A stretch of DNA of 64,000 bases from a virus. The notes under the pieces were generated by a model, which did no database searches, had not been told where the DNA came from, and saw only the letters and a program-made list of their open reading frames with translations. Below are positions 18,043 through 27,548 of the stretch, in pieces. The DNA lies in IMG/VR virus record IMGVR_UViG_3300043493_000021, positions 79-64,078 of that record; one strand, given 5' to 3'. A program made the translations under genes and the position numbers. Position 1 is the first letter of the stretch, and every line of letters starts with the position of its first letter.

Positions 18043-18942
18043 TTAACGCCGCCTCCGCGCGCCAATGAACCCGTAGACACCCATGCTTCCGGTGAAGTTG
18101 GCCGACGCCATGAGGTAGACCGTGGTGAGAGCGGAAAGCGCCACGCGGACGGATCCAACGGGGAAAGCGTTGCGCCCGCCAGCGACGAAATCCACCGAGA
18201 ACTGAGTGTAGCCACCCAGACCTGGAGGCGGCGGCATCGTCGGGGTGGAAGGGCTGATCGCGGCGGTTTCCTGGGTGATCGTCGCCCCGGCCCCGGCCTC
18301 GAAGACCACGTTGCCGCTGACATCCCAGTCCCCCGGGGAGAGGTTGATGCTGGTCACCACGGTCGCGACCGCCGAGGACATGGCGATCCCGGCGGCGACG
18401 GTCGAGAAAATGAACTCGCCGACGATCCCGGAAGCCGCGTTGCCGTTCGAGTTAGTCCCCTGAACCTGCACGACATCGAGCGAGCCACCCGCGACGGAGA
18501 GGCGGTTGGTGATGCCGTTGACCTGACCGGCGTTCCACTGAACTCCGAGCGTCCCCGTCGTGGTGATCGGACCACCGGTAATGCCGGGGCCGGTCGTGTC
18601 GATGTGCGTGACGCTCCCGCCACCGCCTCCTCCGCCACCGGTCGCGGTCAGCGTGTTCCCGGCATCGAGGTTCAGGCCGGTTCCGATATGGACCACGGAC
18701 GCGACGACACCGCCCTGACCGCCGAGAAGCCCCGTTGAAGCCATCGGGGCGGCGGTGATTGTCCCCGAAGGGCCGATCGAGGCGGGATTGAGGAACGGCT
18801 CGGCGTCGATCACGAGGCTGGTGGTGATCGCGACCTCGGAAATCTTCGAGAAGAGATCGCTCAAAGACCGCTGGATATTGATCAGGTTCTGATTGACGTC
18901 GGTCAGACCCTCGACTTTTACCGGAACGCCGAAGCCCGACAT
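18043..18942 (-). CDS. Short tail fibre/tail-associated protein
   Basis: GITGGPITTTGTL linker and C-terminal GTNSNGNAASGIVGEF...TSINLSPGDWDVSG...TTVYL...GFIGARRRR, a pattern common in phage fibre C-termini. Confidence 0.55.
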   Translation of the reverse strand: MSGFGVPVKVEGLTDVNQNLINIQRSLSDLFSKISEVAITTSLVIDAEPFLNPASIGPSGTITAAPMASTGLLGGQGGVVASVVHIGTGLNLDAGNTLTATGGGGGGGGSVTHIDTTGPGITGGPITTTGTLGVQWNAGQVNGITNRLSVAGGSLDVVQVQGTNSNGNAASGIVGEFIFSTVAAGIAMSSAVATVVTSINLSPGDWDVSGNVVFEAGAGATITQETAAISPSTPTMPPPPGLGGYTQFSVDFVAGGRNAFPVGSVRVALSALTTVYLMASANFTGSMGVYGFIGARRRR

Positions 18943-20402
18943 CAGCGGCTCCCATCAGGCGAGATGTTCGCGATCGGCTTGCCGTAACGCCAGAAAGTGC
19001 CGGGTTTGGTGCATTCGATGCGGATGCGCGCGACGCTCCCCGAGCCCCGCACGATGACGAACGGCGTTCCACGGTTCACCGGATACGGGCCATAGGTCCG
19101 CACCGGGTAATCGGTATCGTCGTCGGGAATTTCATCGGCGAAAATCACGCTCAACATGATCTCGCCGCCAGGATTGATGGAGAAATCCGGCCTGATCCGT
19201 TCCAGGAAGACGCTGACATGGGCCTCCTGGAGGTAAAACCAGCCCGAGAGGAAGCCGCTATCGTAGGGGTTCCCGTCCCAGTCGAGCGCGGTCTCGAATT
19301 GCTGGATCAGACCGTTGTAATCGGTGCCCAGCGGTGGCCCGACGATGCTTTGATCCGACCACGCGGAGATGTCCGGACCGAAGAAGCCGTAATCCCAGTA
19401 GGTCTCACCGGCATCCCACTGAACCTTCACATAGGCGGTGCAAACGCCGCCCGAACCATGCACCGGAAACCGCCACATGACCTCGCCGTAGAAGGCATTC
19501 GCGTCGGCGTGAATCGCGTCGACGAATGTCTTGTCCAGATTGTCGAAGACGAAGTCGATCACACTACAATCCAGTTCCTGGATGGCCCCGCCCTGGAAGA
19601 TGAAGAAGGTATTCTGAGACATCCACACGATGCGTTGGCCAAGTTGAGCCACCGCGCGCCGGGAGATCAGCCCGCCGTTTTGCGAGAGATTGTTGAAGCC
19701 GTAGACCAGTGGGTAGTTCACGTAAGTAATCGACCAGACATCCAGGTCGGTCCAAAGAATACCCGAGAGACCGGGCCACATGACGGCCATGATCTCCGAG
19801 CCATGCGGGATCCGGAACGAGCCCGCCTGATTGTTCACGTCCGCCCGCCAGACCGTGATCCCGGCGACGTCGCACCATTTGACGAGCATCGGATCCTGAG
19901 CGCCGAGCGTCTCGGATGTGGCACCCCAGGTGATGATTTGCTGCTGAGGCGCGGCGACGATCAGGCCGTTGATCACCGCTGGCGCGTTCGGCACCGGGGT
20001 CGCGATGTTTCCTCCAGCGACGGGCGGGATCCAGTGATAGACGGTCCGACCGGCGGGGGAAGCCACCAGATCCTGGCCCCATTTGTCGAGCGACCAGTCA
20101 CCCGATCCGGGACCGGTGACGGGCGTGATGTTGACGAGGACACCCCCGGCCAGGACGTCGAGCACGGCGGAGGTGCCGATGGCGACATACTTCGTTCCGT
20201 TCAGCGCCGCCCACGGCATGATCGCGGTGGCGATCCCGGCAAAGGGCGTGTTGATGACTCGCTGGCAACCGCCGAGCTTCTCGATCTGCTTATTGAGATA
20301 GCGGATCAGGTTGCTCTCGCTGATCTGGCCCATCGACTGAAACGCCGTCGAGACGGTGTCGACGTTCGGCTTGATGGCGAGGGTGACGGGAGAGAGCGCC
20401 AT
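18942..20402 (-). CDS. Tail tubular/nozzle protein (tail tube B, P22 gp10-like)
   Basis: Start reassigned to ATG 20402 (MALSPVTL), which overlaps the upstream TAA. 486 aa, beta-propeller-like (WSLDKWGQDLVA, DPMLVKWCD, NQAGSF, FYGEVMWRFP). Synteny. Confidence 0.7.
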   Translation of the reverse strand: MALSPVTLAIKPNVDTVSTAFQSMGQISESNLIRYLNKQIEKLGGCQRVINTPFAGIATAIMPWAALNGTKYVAIGTSAVLDVLAGGVLVNITPVTGPGSGDWSLDKWGQDLVASPAGRTVYHWIPPVAGGNIATPVPNAPAVINGLIVAAPQQQIITWGATSETLGAQDPMLVKWCDVAGITVWRADVNNQAGSFRIPHGSEIMAVMWPGLSGILWTDLDVWSITYVNYPLVYGFNNLSQNGGLISRRAVAQLGQRIVWMSQNTFFIFQGGAIQELDCSVIDFVFDNLDKTFVDAIHADANAFYGEVMWRFPVHGSGGVCTAYVKVQWDAGETYWDYGFFGPDISAWSDQSIVGPPLGTDYNGLIQQFETALDWDGNPYDSGFLSGWFYLQEAHVSVFLERIRPDFSINPGGEIMLSVIFADEIPDDDTDYPVRTYGPYPVNRGTPFVIVRGSGSVARIRIECTKPGTFWRYGKPIANISPDGSR

Positions 20403-21112
20403 TACGCGGCCTTCCCTCCGGGATGCGGAATGTTCGGAGCGATTCCTCGGCGGCGGGCTTCCTCGAAGGCGCACGATCCGAGGAGCGTTTGGTATTGCCC
20501 CTCCCAGGACATCGCCGATTTTGGATCGTCGGCCTGGGCTCCATAGTTGCGCTTCAGCGTGCCTTCCATGAACACCATGCACCCGGCGACGAGGAGATCG
20601 GGGTAGGTCGTGCTGAGGTAGGTGCTCGCGTTCGCCGACGAGAGCGGCGTCGGCTGAAACAATCCCGTGGAGACCACCGTGTAGACCCCGTCCGGAGTGG
20701 GAGCGATCACCACCATCGTCTCATCCAGCATGGCCCAGTAGCGCCCGATGTTATCAGTCAGAGCCGGGTCCATCGTGGTCGCTTCGGGCCAGAAGAGGTT
20801 GATGAAATCGAGCGTGGCGCGATCGAAGGCGACGGTGCCGCTCGGCGTGGTCAGCGAGAAGCCTTCCTGGACCATGATCGGCGGCGTGATGGGCGAGAGA
20901 TCGATCTGGCGAGATCCCGGTGACGTCGTCAGCGAGGTGTTTTGCGTCCGGTTCGCCAGGAGCGGGACTTCCCGGCAAATCCGCCCCTCCGCGTAGCTGA
21001 TCGCGCGGGGATAGAGTGCCGCGAAGTCCGGCGGGACCGTGTTGTAGGGCGGCGGGGACTGAGCCAGCGAGATCAGAAGCTCGGTCTGGAGCGAGGTGAA
21101 ATCGAGCGCCAT
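20402..21112 (-). CDS. Head-tail adaptor protein
   Basis: Start reassigned to ATG 21112 (MALDFTSL). AISYAEGRI..., VIAPTPDGVY, TYLSTTYPDLLVAG are patterns seen in podovirus adaptors. Confidence 0.6.
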   Translation of the reverse strand: MALDFTSLQTELLISLAQSPPPYNTVPPDFAALYPRAISYAEGRICREVPLLANRTQNTSLTTSPGSRQIDLSPITPPIMVQEGFSLTTPSGTVAFDRATLDFINLFWPEATTMDPALTDNIGRYWAMLDETMVVIAPTPDGVYTVVSTGLFQPTPLSSANASTYLSTTYPDLLVAGCMVFMEGTLKRNYGAQADDPKSAMSWEGQYQTLLGSCAFEEARRRGIAPNIPHPGGKAA

Positions 21113-23286
21113 CAGTTGGCCCCCGTGCAAACGAAATAGATTTGCCGACCGGACATATCCACGCCGTTGGTGGTCCAGTTCCAGGTGTTGCCGACGGCGA
21201 CCGCCTGGACGATCACCCCATCGGTGCCGTTGGAATAAAACCGGCAAAGGTAGCCGAAGCCGAAGACCGGCCACGGCACCTTGAGCGCGCCTTTGGTGAT
21301 CGCGCCGCCGGTTCCGATCTGAATGAAGCCGCTGAAAGCGCCGATCGGAACGGTGCAATTCGTTCCGCACCCGCTCGGGATCGCCACGGGGGCTTTGTCG
21401 AACTGGTTATTATTATACTGAACGCCGTTCCCGGAACTCGTCATATTCACGTCGTTGATCGCCTTCGGCCCGAAGGTGTCGATCGACCAGTTGCCGGTGA
21501 TGAACGTCGTCGGCGCGGCTGGGATATCGATCACATCGTTGAGACCCTGGAACGCACTATCCCTGAGCAAGAACCGGGTGACCTGAACGGTCGTTTTTAT
21601 GCCGTGGGTCTTGGCGTTGAACTGGCCGGAAAACGAACTGTTTTGCACCCCGATATGGGCTCCGCCGCTGGGGTTGGCGGTGGCCAGGACGCCATAGTAA
21701 TCCCCGGCGTCTTTCGCGTTGCCCACATGGGCGAGCACCCGGTCGATGATGACGTTCGCGCCAGCGGTCTGGATGAAATTCCCCGCCGCTTCCGCGACCC
21801 AACCGTTCAGGACGAGATGGGCGTTCGCGCCGAGATTGAAGCACGGCTCGTGGCCTATGTTCGCGGGCGTGACCATATCGGCGTGCGAGCAATTACTGGC
21901 CCCGCGCATGGCCACATTCTGCGACGAGTATGCGCCGCCGGTCCCGGCATCGAGAACCGTTCCGACCTTATCCAGGCTCCAGTCGAGTTCGGTGATCCCC
22001 ACCACCCCGGCTGGCTCGATCTTCAGGCCATAGCGCCAGGCGAACGAAGCCACCCCGGTCACCGACATGTTCACCACGCCGACCGCGTGGAACATGGTGT
22101 TGGAGTTGGTGACCTCGCCAATCGCGGCGGCGGCGGCGTTATTCGTCATCGTGAACCACGGTCCCGGCGTGAAATGGACCGCGTTGACAATGAAACTATC
22201 GCCGATATTGCCCACCCGGAAAGCGTCATGGACGGCGTAGATGAAGCTATTGGATACGAGGAAGCGACCGCCTCCGGTGACGATCGCGTCGTAGGCGTTC
22301 ACGATCACCACATGGTCGAGATACCAGCCGACCGTGGTGTCTTGCTCGCCGCCGACGGGGCTGAACAACGGCGGGTAGAATGTCTTTCCGTCGGTCTGGT
22401 TCGGCCAGTAGAAATTGACCCCGGAGATGCCCCAGTTGTCGCCGATGGTGAACGGTTTGACCGAGGTGCTGGTCATGATGAACATCGATCCCGTCGCGGC
22501 ACCGGCCATGACCCCGACACCGATCAGGTGGCAATCCCGCAAATGGATTGTCGCCGCGCCGTTCAGCAAGATCTTGCCGAAGGGGAGGTTCAGTCTGATC
22601 CCGTAATTGGCGCACGCATCGACGGCGGCTTTCATCTTCACGTCCGCCGAGGTGATCCCGTCGGTCGGGACACCGAGTTGCGTCACATTCACCCCGGTCG
22701 CGGAGGGCTCCAGGATCCAGCGTCCGGGAGAGCCGCCACCGGGGGTGATGAAGAACAACCCGTCGATCCCGGCTGAACTCGTCTTGTCGTAGATATAAGT
22801 GGCACCTCCGTAATCGCCGACTTTGTAATAGCCAGCGGTGTGCGCGACGACCGTGGCTCCAGCCCACGCGGCGGCGGTGGTGTAGACCGAGGGCTTGTAG
22901 GCGGCGAAGTCGGCAAAGGTCGCGAACTCCAGCCGGACCGTCGCGAAATGGCCCAGCGCATCGGAGATGTTGAGCGATTTGAACCACCCGTTCACCGGGT
23001 TTTCCGGGGTGCCCGGGGGAGGGATGGGCTGGATCGGAACGTGCTTCAGCACCTCCTTGGTGATCTGGTCGACCTTCAGTGATCGGGTCGACGGTTGCTG
23101 ACCAACTTGCCAGCCGAGCACCAGATCATCCGGCCCGACCGCCCCCGCTTGCGGCTGGCATCCGACCGCCGTCGCCAATGTCCCCGCCGGACATTGCCCG
23201 GGCCACGGACTATCGGGAGCCTGGGTGACCTGGGCCACGCTCGATGAGATGAGCAAAAGGAAGACGAGGGCGAGGTATCTGATCAT
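21112..23286 (-). CDS. Tailspike-like beta-helix polysaccharide depolymerase with N-terminal Sec signal peptide
   Basis: Start reassigned to ATG 23286 (ATGA overlap with upstream stop): MIRYLALVFLLLISSSVAQVTQA. Then YYKVGDYGGATY (tailspike head-domain-like), VTQLGVPTDGITSAD...AAVDA...LNLPFG (pectate-lyase-3-like) and beta-helix repeats. Confidence 0.7.
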   Translation of the reverse strand: MIRYLALVFLLLISSSVAQVTQAPDSPWPGQCPAGTLATAVGCQPQAGAVGPDDLVLGWQVGQQPSTRSLKVDQITKEVLKHVPIQPIPPPGTPENPVNGWFKSLNISDALGHFATVRLEFATFADFAAYKPSVYTTAAAWAGATVVAHTAGYYKVGDYGGATYIYDKTSSAGIDGLFFITPGGGSPGRWILEPSATGVNVTQLGVPTDGITSADVKMKAAVDACANYGIRLNLPFGKILLNGAATIHLRDCHLIGVGVMAGAATGSMFIMTSTSVKPFTIGDNWGISGVNFYWPNQTDGKTFYPPLFSPVGGEQDTTVGWYLDHVVIVNAYDAIVTGGGRFLVSNSFIYAVHDAFRVGNIGDSFIVNAVHFTPGPWFTMTNNAAAAAIGEVTNSNTMFHAVGVVNMSVTGVASFAWRYGLKIEPAGVVGITELDWSLDKVGTVLDAGTGGAYSSQNVAMRGASNCSHADMVTPANIGHEPCFNLGANAHLVLNGWVAEAAGNFIQTAGANVIIDRVLAHVGNAKDAGDYYGVLATANPSGGAHIGVQNSSFSGQFNAKTHGIKTTVQVTRFLLRDSAFQGLNDVIDIPAAPTTFITGNWSIDTFGPKAINDVNMTSSGNGVQYNNNQFDKAPVAIPSGCGTNCTVPIGAFSGFIQIGTGGAITKGALKVPWPVFGFGYLCRFYSNGTDGVIVQAVAVGNTWNWTTNGVDMSGRQIYFVCTGAN

Positions 23287-24545
23287 GGCGGTGGTCGTGT
23301 CCCATAGCCCGAGGTGCCGAAGTTGCCGGTGCCGTAGCCACGCGGCACGCGCGGCACGCCAGAAGCGATGAGGACGGTGCCGCCATCCACGCCGCCCGGG
23401 TTCCAAAGCTGACCGCGCACGGATGGCTCGGTCCAGGGGAGATCGTTGCCGCCCGTGGTGAGAAGCTCCATCGGCGTGACCTCGCCGTAGATGAGCTTCT
23501 TGAAGCCGTTGTGCGGATCCGATCCGGGCCCGACGTTGACCACCGTTTTGTCGTTCCAGACGCCCGGTCCCGACGGCGCTTTCGTGGGCCAACTGAGAGC
23601 GTTGAATACCAAAAGGATCTCGCCGTTCCGCTCGAAGTAGGCTTCGGGCTGACCCCAGCCGTCATTGATCGGGATCGCCTGACCCCAGTCGTCGGTGATC
23701 AGCGTTCCGTAATCATCGGTAAGCCAGAGTTCCGGAGCGCCCGACTCCCAGGCCCAAAACTCCATTCCGGGAAGCAAACCTATCACCGAGAGCGCGCCGC
23801 GATACGGGTCTCCGAGACCCTGATCAAGAGACCCGAAAAAGGCTTCGCCCGGGCCCAAAATCAGGTTGGAGATGTTGCCCCAGGTGACCTGAAGCGTGCC
23901 CACGGGGAGGGGCGGCGCGGTCGCGGTCAGCGCGACCTGAGCCTGGGGATTGACCGGGTTGTAGATCAGAACCCAGCCCCTGGCCGGTTGCGTGCCGAAG
24001 ACCCCGATGGACTGGTTTGGCTTCGTGATGGTGACCGAGCGGTCGAAAATCTGGCTCGGCGTGGCGATACCCGTGATCTCGGCGACCATCTCCAGCACGC
24101 GATACTTGGCGAGCGGGTAGTATGGCGGGAGCGAGGCTCCGCCGACGATGAGTTGGGTGAGCCCGTAATTGCCCGGCGTCGTCGGACCGGTCGGGTTCTC
24201 CCTCGGCTCGACCGCGAAGCCCCAGGTGCCGAACTCGCCGTCTCCGAAGGGACGCGCGACGGTGGCGAAGACGGGCCGATAGCCGGTGACATGAGGACTT
24301 GGGCGGGGGTTCTGAACCGGGCGGGGATCGGGCGGGAGGATCACCGAACGGTATTGATGCTGAGGTTTGTCCAGTTGGTCCGGGCCCACGAGTAAGCCGG
24401 TGTCGACGAGCTTGTTACCGGCCCATTCCATTTTGTGGCGCATCTCGGAGAGCGGATACCAAAAGCCCGTCAGGTCGCACTCGCCCATCGCCTGGGGGTG
24501 GCGGGCGTTGATCTTGGCGCGTCCGGAACGGGCACGCTGGACCAT
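23283..24545 (-). CDS. Conserved phage protein (degenerate Zn-finger N-terminus) fused to a fibre-like C-terminus
   Basis: N-terminal AMGECDLTGFWY...W.GNKLVDTGLLVG...DKPQ...LPPDPRPVQNPRP. C-terminal WPTKAPSGPGVWN and LPWTEPSVRGQLWNPGG. Confidence 0.5.
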   Translation of the reverse strand: MVQRARSGRAKINARHPQAMGECDLTGFWYPLSEMRHKMEWAGNKLVDTGLLVGPDQLDKPQHQYRSVILPPDPRPVQNPRPSPHVTGYRPVFATVARPFGDGEFGTWGFAVEPRENPTGPTTPGNYGLTQLIVGGASLPPYYPLAKYRVLEMVAEITGIATPSQIFDRSVTITKPNQSIGVFGTQPARGWVLIYNPVNPQAQVALTATAPPLPVGTLQVTWGNISNLILGPGEAFFGSLDQGLGDPYRGALSVIGLLPGMEFWAWESGAPELWLTDDYGTLITDDWGQAIPINDGWGQPEAYFERNGEILLVFNALSWPTKAPSGPGVWNDKTVVNVGPGSDPHNGFKKLIYGEVTPMELLTTGGNDLPWTEPSVRGQLWNPGGVDGGTVLIASGVPRVPRGYGTGNFGTSGYGTRPPP

Positions 24546-25267
24546 CAGCCCATCCGCCCATAGATCCCAACATTCGGGATGTGCGTGATCGGGCCGGGCT
24601 CCTGATCCCGCCGGGTCATCCTCTCCCAGGCACCCTCGAAGATCTTCAGCTTGGCGTCATATTGCTGGGGCGCGAACTTCTCCGCGAGCCTCCGGGTCAT
24701 CGCCGAGACGAAGGTCTCGTAGGCTCTCCGGGGGACGTTCGGTGCTTCGCCGCCCGCGAGATTGGCGTCCTCCATTTGCTGGAGCCCAAACCACCTGACC
24801 ACCTGGGTCGGGGCTCCGATCGAGGGAACCTGCCAGAAGGTGATCTGCTGGGGCATCGACATCTGATACCAATACTGGGTCACCGTGCCTTGCTGGCGCT
24901 TGTTGGTGAGCGCCGCGTAGCCGGTGCGCGTGATCGGAACCAGGATCCGGTCGAGATCGACCTCGGCTCCATTGCCATCCACACGCGAGATCCAGACCTC
25001 TTCGAGGGTCACCAGATCGGCGGGGAGAGGATACGTCCCCTCGCCCGCGATGAGATCGATGGTGCCTGAACTGGTCTTCCAGAAATTGAACCCGGCGTCT
25101 TCCCACTCGGTAAATTCGAGGTTCATCGAGGAGCGCGCCGACATCATCATGTGCCGGTCGATGTCGGTGGGGCGGATCTGGATCCGGTCAAACGCCTCGG
25201 TGATCACCGAGCCGTTGGTGAGGAGGTAGCTGAACGTGCCGCTGGACTGACCTGGTGTTATAGCCAT
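24545..25267 (-). CDS. Tail tubular protein A / adaptor
   Basis: SGTF...VITEAFDRI...ARSSMNL...EW...G.NFW...G...YPLP.D..., followed by YW...ITFWQVP and DA......P.RAYE. Synteny after the capsid genes. Confidence 0.65.
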   Translation of the reverse strand: MAITPGQSSGTFSYLLTNGSVITEAFDRIQIRPTDIDRHMMMSARSSMNLEFTEWEDAGFNFWKTSSGTIDLIAGEGTYPLPADLVTLEEVWISRVDGNGAEVDLDRILVPITRTGYAALTNKRQQGTVTQYWYQMSMPQQITFWQVPSIGAPTQVVRWFGLQQMEDANLAGGEAPNVPRRAYETFVSAMTRRLAEKFAPQQYDAKLKIFEGAWERMTRRDQEPGPITHIPNVGIYGRMG

Positions 25268-25307
25268 GGCTCACCTCCACGGCCCGGGATGAGCCCGTAT
25301 CGCTCAC

Positions 25308-25547
25308 TTAATGGCCGTATTCACCCTTGTTGTCAGCGCCCTTGCCGCCCTCGTTGTCGCCGGGATGCGAGGACACGTAACCCGGCTCGGAGACCGAACC
25401 AGCCGCCGAATAGGGATTGCTCTCAGCACCACCCCGGGCACGCTTGCCAGGATTGCCCTTCGATTTCGCACCCGTGATGCGGCCACCCTTGGCGCGCTTC
25501 TGAGGGCCTTCGGGTTTGTCGCCAACCGTGGCGGGGTTCATTGCCAT
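25308..25547 (-). CDS. Small basic protein with x-x-G-G motifs
   Basis: Start ATG 25547 with RBS AAGGA; KRAKGGRI, KRARGGAE. Confidence 0.6.
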   Translation of the reverse strand: MAMNPATVGDKPEGPQKRAKGGRITGAKSKGNPGKRARGGAESNPYSAAGSVSEPGYVSSHPGDNEGGKGADNKGEYGH

Positions 25548-25561
25548 TTTCTTTGTCCTTC

Positions 25562-26248
25562 TCAGTCGATACCGGCCTGAATGGACTGCATCACGGCTCT
25601 TCCGGTTCCAGCCGTGATCGTGAGGCGGTGTGCCATGATTGGCTGATCCGCGTAAGTGGTTTCGCCGTTCGCGGTCTTGCCCTGGAGAGTGCCGTTCGGC
25701 CAGGCCAGCGGCGCGACATAGCTCGCCGGTTCCAGCGACCATTGCTCGGGCATCGCGGTGAGCGTCGGGCCGACGTCGTTCGGATCGTCGTAGGTGTGCT
25801 CGACCGTGTAGGTCACCGTTCCGGTAACCGAGACGGCGACCGTGAGCGCCCAAACCGTGGCGAGGTGATTGTCGAGAACCCAGGGGCTGGAGGCGACGCC
25901 GTTCGTTCCCACGGTGATCGCCCCGGTGGTCGCGGCACTCGTGGCGATGCTCGTCACCGTCTTGAAGTCGAGCGCGGTCTGGCCCGTGGCCGTGCTGGTG
26001 ACCCCGGTAACCGTCGAAGAGATGGGCGATCCGTTGGCGTTGGTGCCGTTCACGGTGAAGATCACCGCCGCGTCGTTACCGGTGGACGCAATGGAGACCC
26101 GACGGGGGACATCGAGAACCGCCACGCCGCCGGAAACCAGGGAACCGCCTAAAACCAGGTTTCCGGCGGTTCCCGGCGTTTGCGAAAGGGCGATCCCGTT
26201 GGCGACCAGCGCCCCGAGTTGCAGGATTACGACGGAAGGATTGGACAT
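25562..26248 (-). CDS. Virion structural protein (unknown family)
   Basis: 228-aa Thr/Ala/Gly-rich ORF with RBS GGAGG, in the head gene cluster. Confidence 0.6.
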   Translation of the reverse strand: MSNPSVVILQLGALVANGIALSQTPGTAGNLVLGGSLVSGGVAVLDVPRRVSIASTGNDAAVIFTVNGTNANGSPISSTVTGVTSTATGQTALDFKTVTSIATSAATTGAITVGTNGVASSPWVLDNHLATVWALTVAVSVTGTVTYTVEHTYDDPNDVGPTLTAMPEQWSLEPASYVAPLAWPNGTLQGKTANGETTYADQPIMAHRLTITAGTGRAVMQSIQAGID

Positions 26249-26267
26249 CCTTTGCCTCCCGTCCGCA

Positions 26268-27536
26268 TCAGAACTGGGTGACCCCGAACATGTATTTCGG
26301 TTCGGCGGGGGTGGACCGGATCATCGCGCCCACGTTGATGATCTGGCGCATTTCGAGACGTCGGCCCGTCATCACCAAACTGGTGATCGCGCCGTTCGAG
26401 GCGTTCGCGCCGATCCCCGTTCCACCACCGGAAGCGCTTACCTGGATCACGCCGCGAGGGTCTCCGGTGATCGCGGTCGCCGGTTCGGTCTGATCGGGAG
26501 CCAGAAAACCGACGTTCGATGCCATGGAAGCACCATTCCAGAACACCGTCGTCTCTTCCCAGAACGGAGCCCGGAAGTGGAAGGCGAACACGTCCCCGGT
26601 TCCTACCGTGTAGTTGTGCGTGGCATCGGTGAAGAGCGGCGTGACCGTGCCGATCGCCTTGAAGCACTTCTTCCCGTAGGTCGTGACCGCGCCAGCGCCC
26701 GCCGTGACCGTCTCACGCATCGGGACACCGTAGATATCCCAGCCCGCGACGGCGATTTGCCCGCCCGTGCCGCCCGCGACCCCGGTGATCGCCACATTGC
26801 GCGCGATAGCCTGACGAGGATCGAGAAAAAGGCCCGGACCACCCGCCATGAACGGATAAGCCGCTTGCGGAAGCGGGAAGCCCATCGGCGATGGGCCCCA
26901 CAGATCTCCCGTTCCAACGGGAGCGGTGGCGTTGGTGAACAACGCGGCATTAGCGAGAGATATGGTGGTCGCCGTGAGGATCGAAGCGACCTGGGTCAGA
27001 AGTGGAGCCGTCCCGGCGCTATTACCCAGAGAGCCGATCACCAGCGGCATACCCACGGTGTAGAGCCGAGAGTCGGAAACGATGACCGTGGTGCTACCCA
27101 GGGTGGCGTTGACGAAGCCAAAACCGAAGTCGAGCACGGCGGCGGCGACCACCGGGGCCGCGCCAAACACGGAATTGGAGAAGGGACGGATCGGCACGTT
27201 GCGGGTGACGCCCAAAGAGGCGTTCGCGAACGTCATCGGCACGTTGATCGTCAGCACCTGACCGGCGGCGATGTTCACCGCGCTCACGGGAGCCGGAACG
27301 GCGGAGACCGAACGGATCTCCATCGCATCCTGGAACGCCTGAACGACCCCGGTATAGCCCTGGACCTTGTCCTTCATGTAGGCCATGCGGGGATCGAGAA
27401 TCCCGATGCCCTGATAGAAGAGCGACGGGCCCGCGTCCGAGTTTGGATCGACTACCGGGGAGCCGAAGTAAGCCGCCAGGTAAGCCTGCATCGAACCAGG
27501 GACATGCAGCGGCCCATCAAAAATGCTAGTGGCCAT
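26268..27536 (-). CDS. Virion structural/decoration protein
   Basis: 422-aa ORF directly after the major capsid gene, RBS GGAAAG, beta-rich. Confidence 0.6.
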   Translation of the reverse strand: MATSIFDGPLHVPGSMQAYLAAYFGSPVVDPNSDAGPSLFYQGIGILDPRMAYMKDKVQGYTGVVQAFQDAMEIRSVSAVPAPVSAVNIAAGQVLTINVPMTFANASLGVTRNVPIRPFSNSVFGAAPVVAAAVLDFGFGFVNATLGSTTVIVSDSRLYTVGMPLVIGSLGNSAGTAPLLTQVASILTATTISLANAALFTNATAPVGTGDLWGPSPMGFPLPQAAYPFMAGGPGLFLDPRQAIARNVAITGVAGGTGGQIAVAGWDIYGVPMRETVTAGAGAVTTYGKKCFKAIGTVTPLFTDATHNYTVGTGDVFAFHFRAPFWEETTVFWNGASMASNVGFLAPDQTEPATAITGDPRGVIQVSASGGGTGIGANASNGAITSLVMTGRRLEMRQIINVGAMIRSTPAEPKYMFGVTQF

Positions 27537-27548
27537 CTGGTGCTTTCC

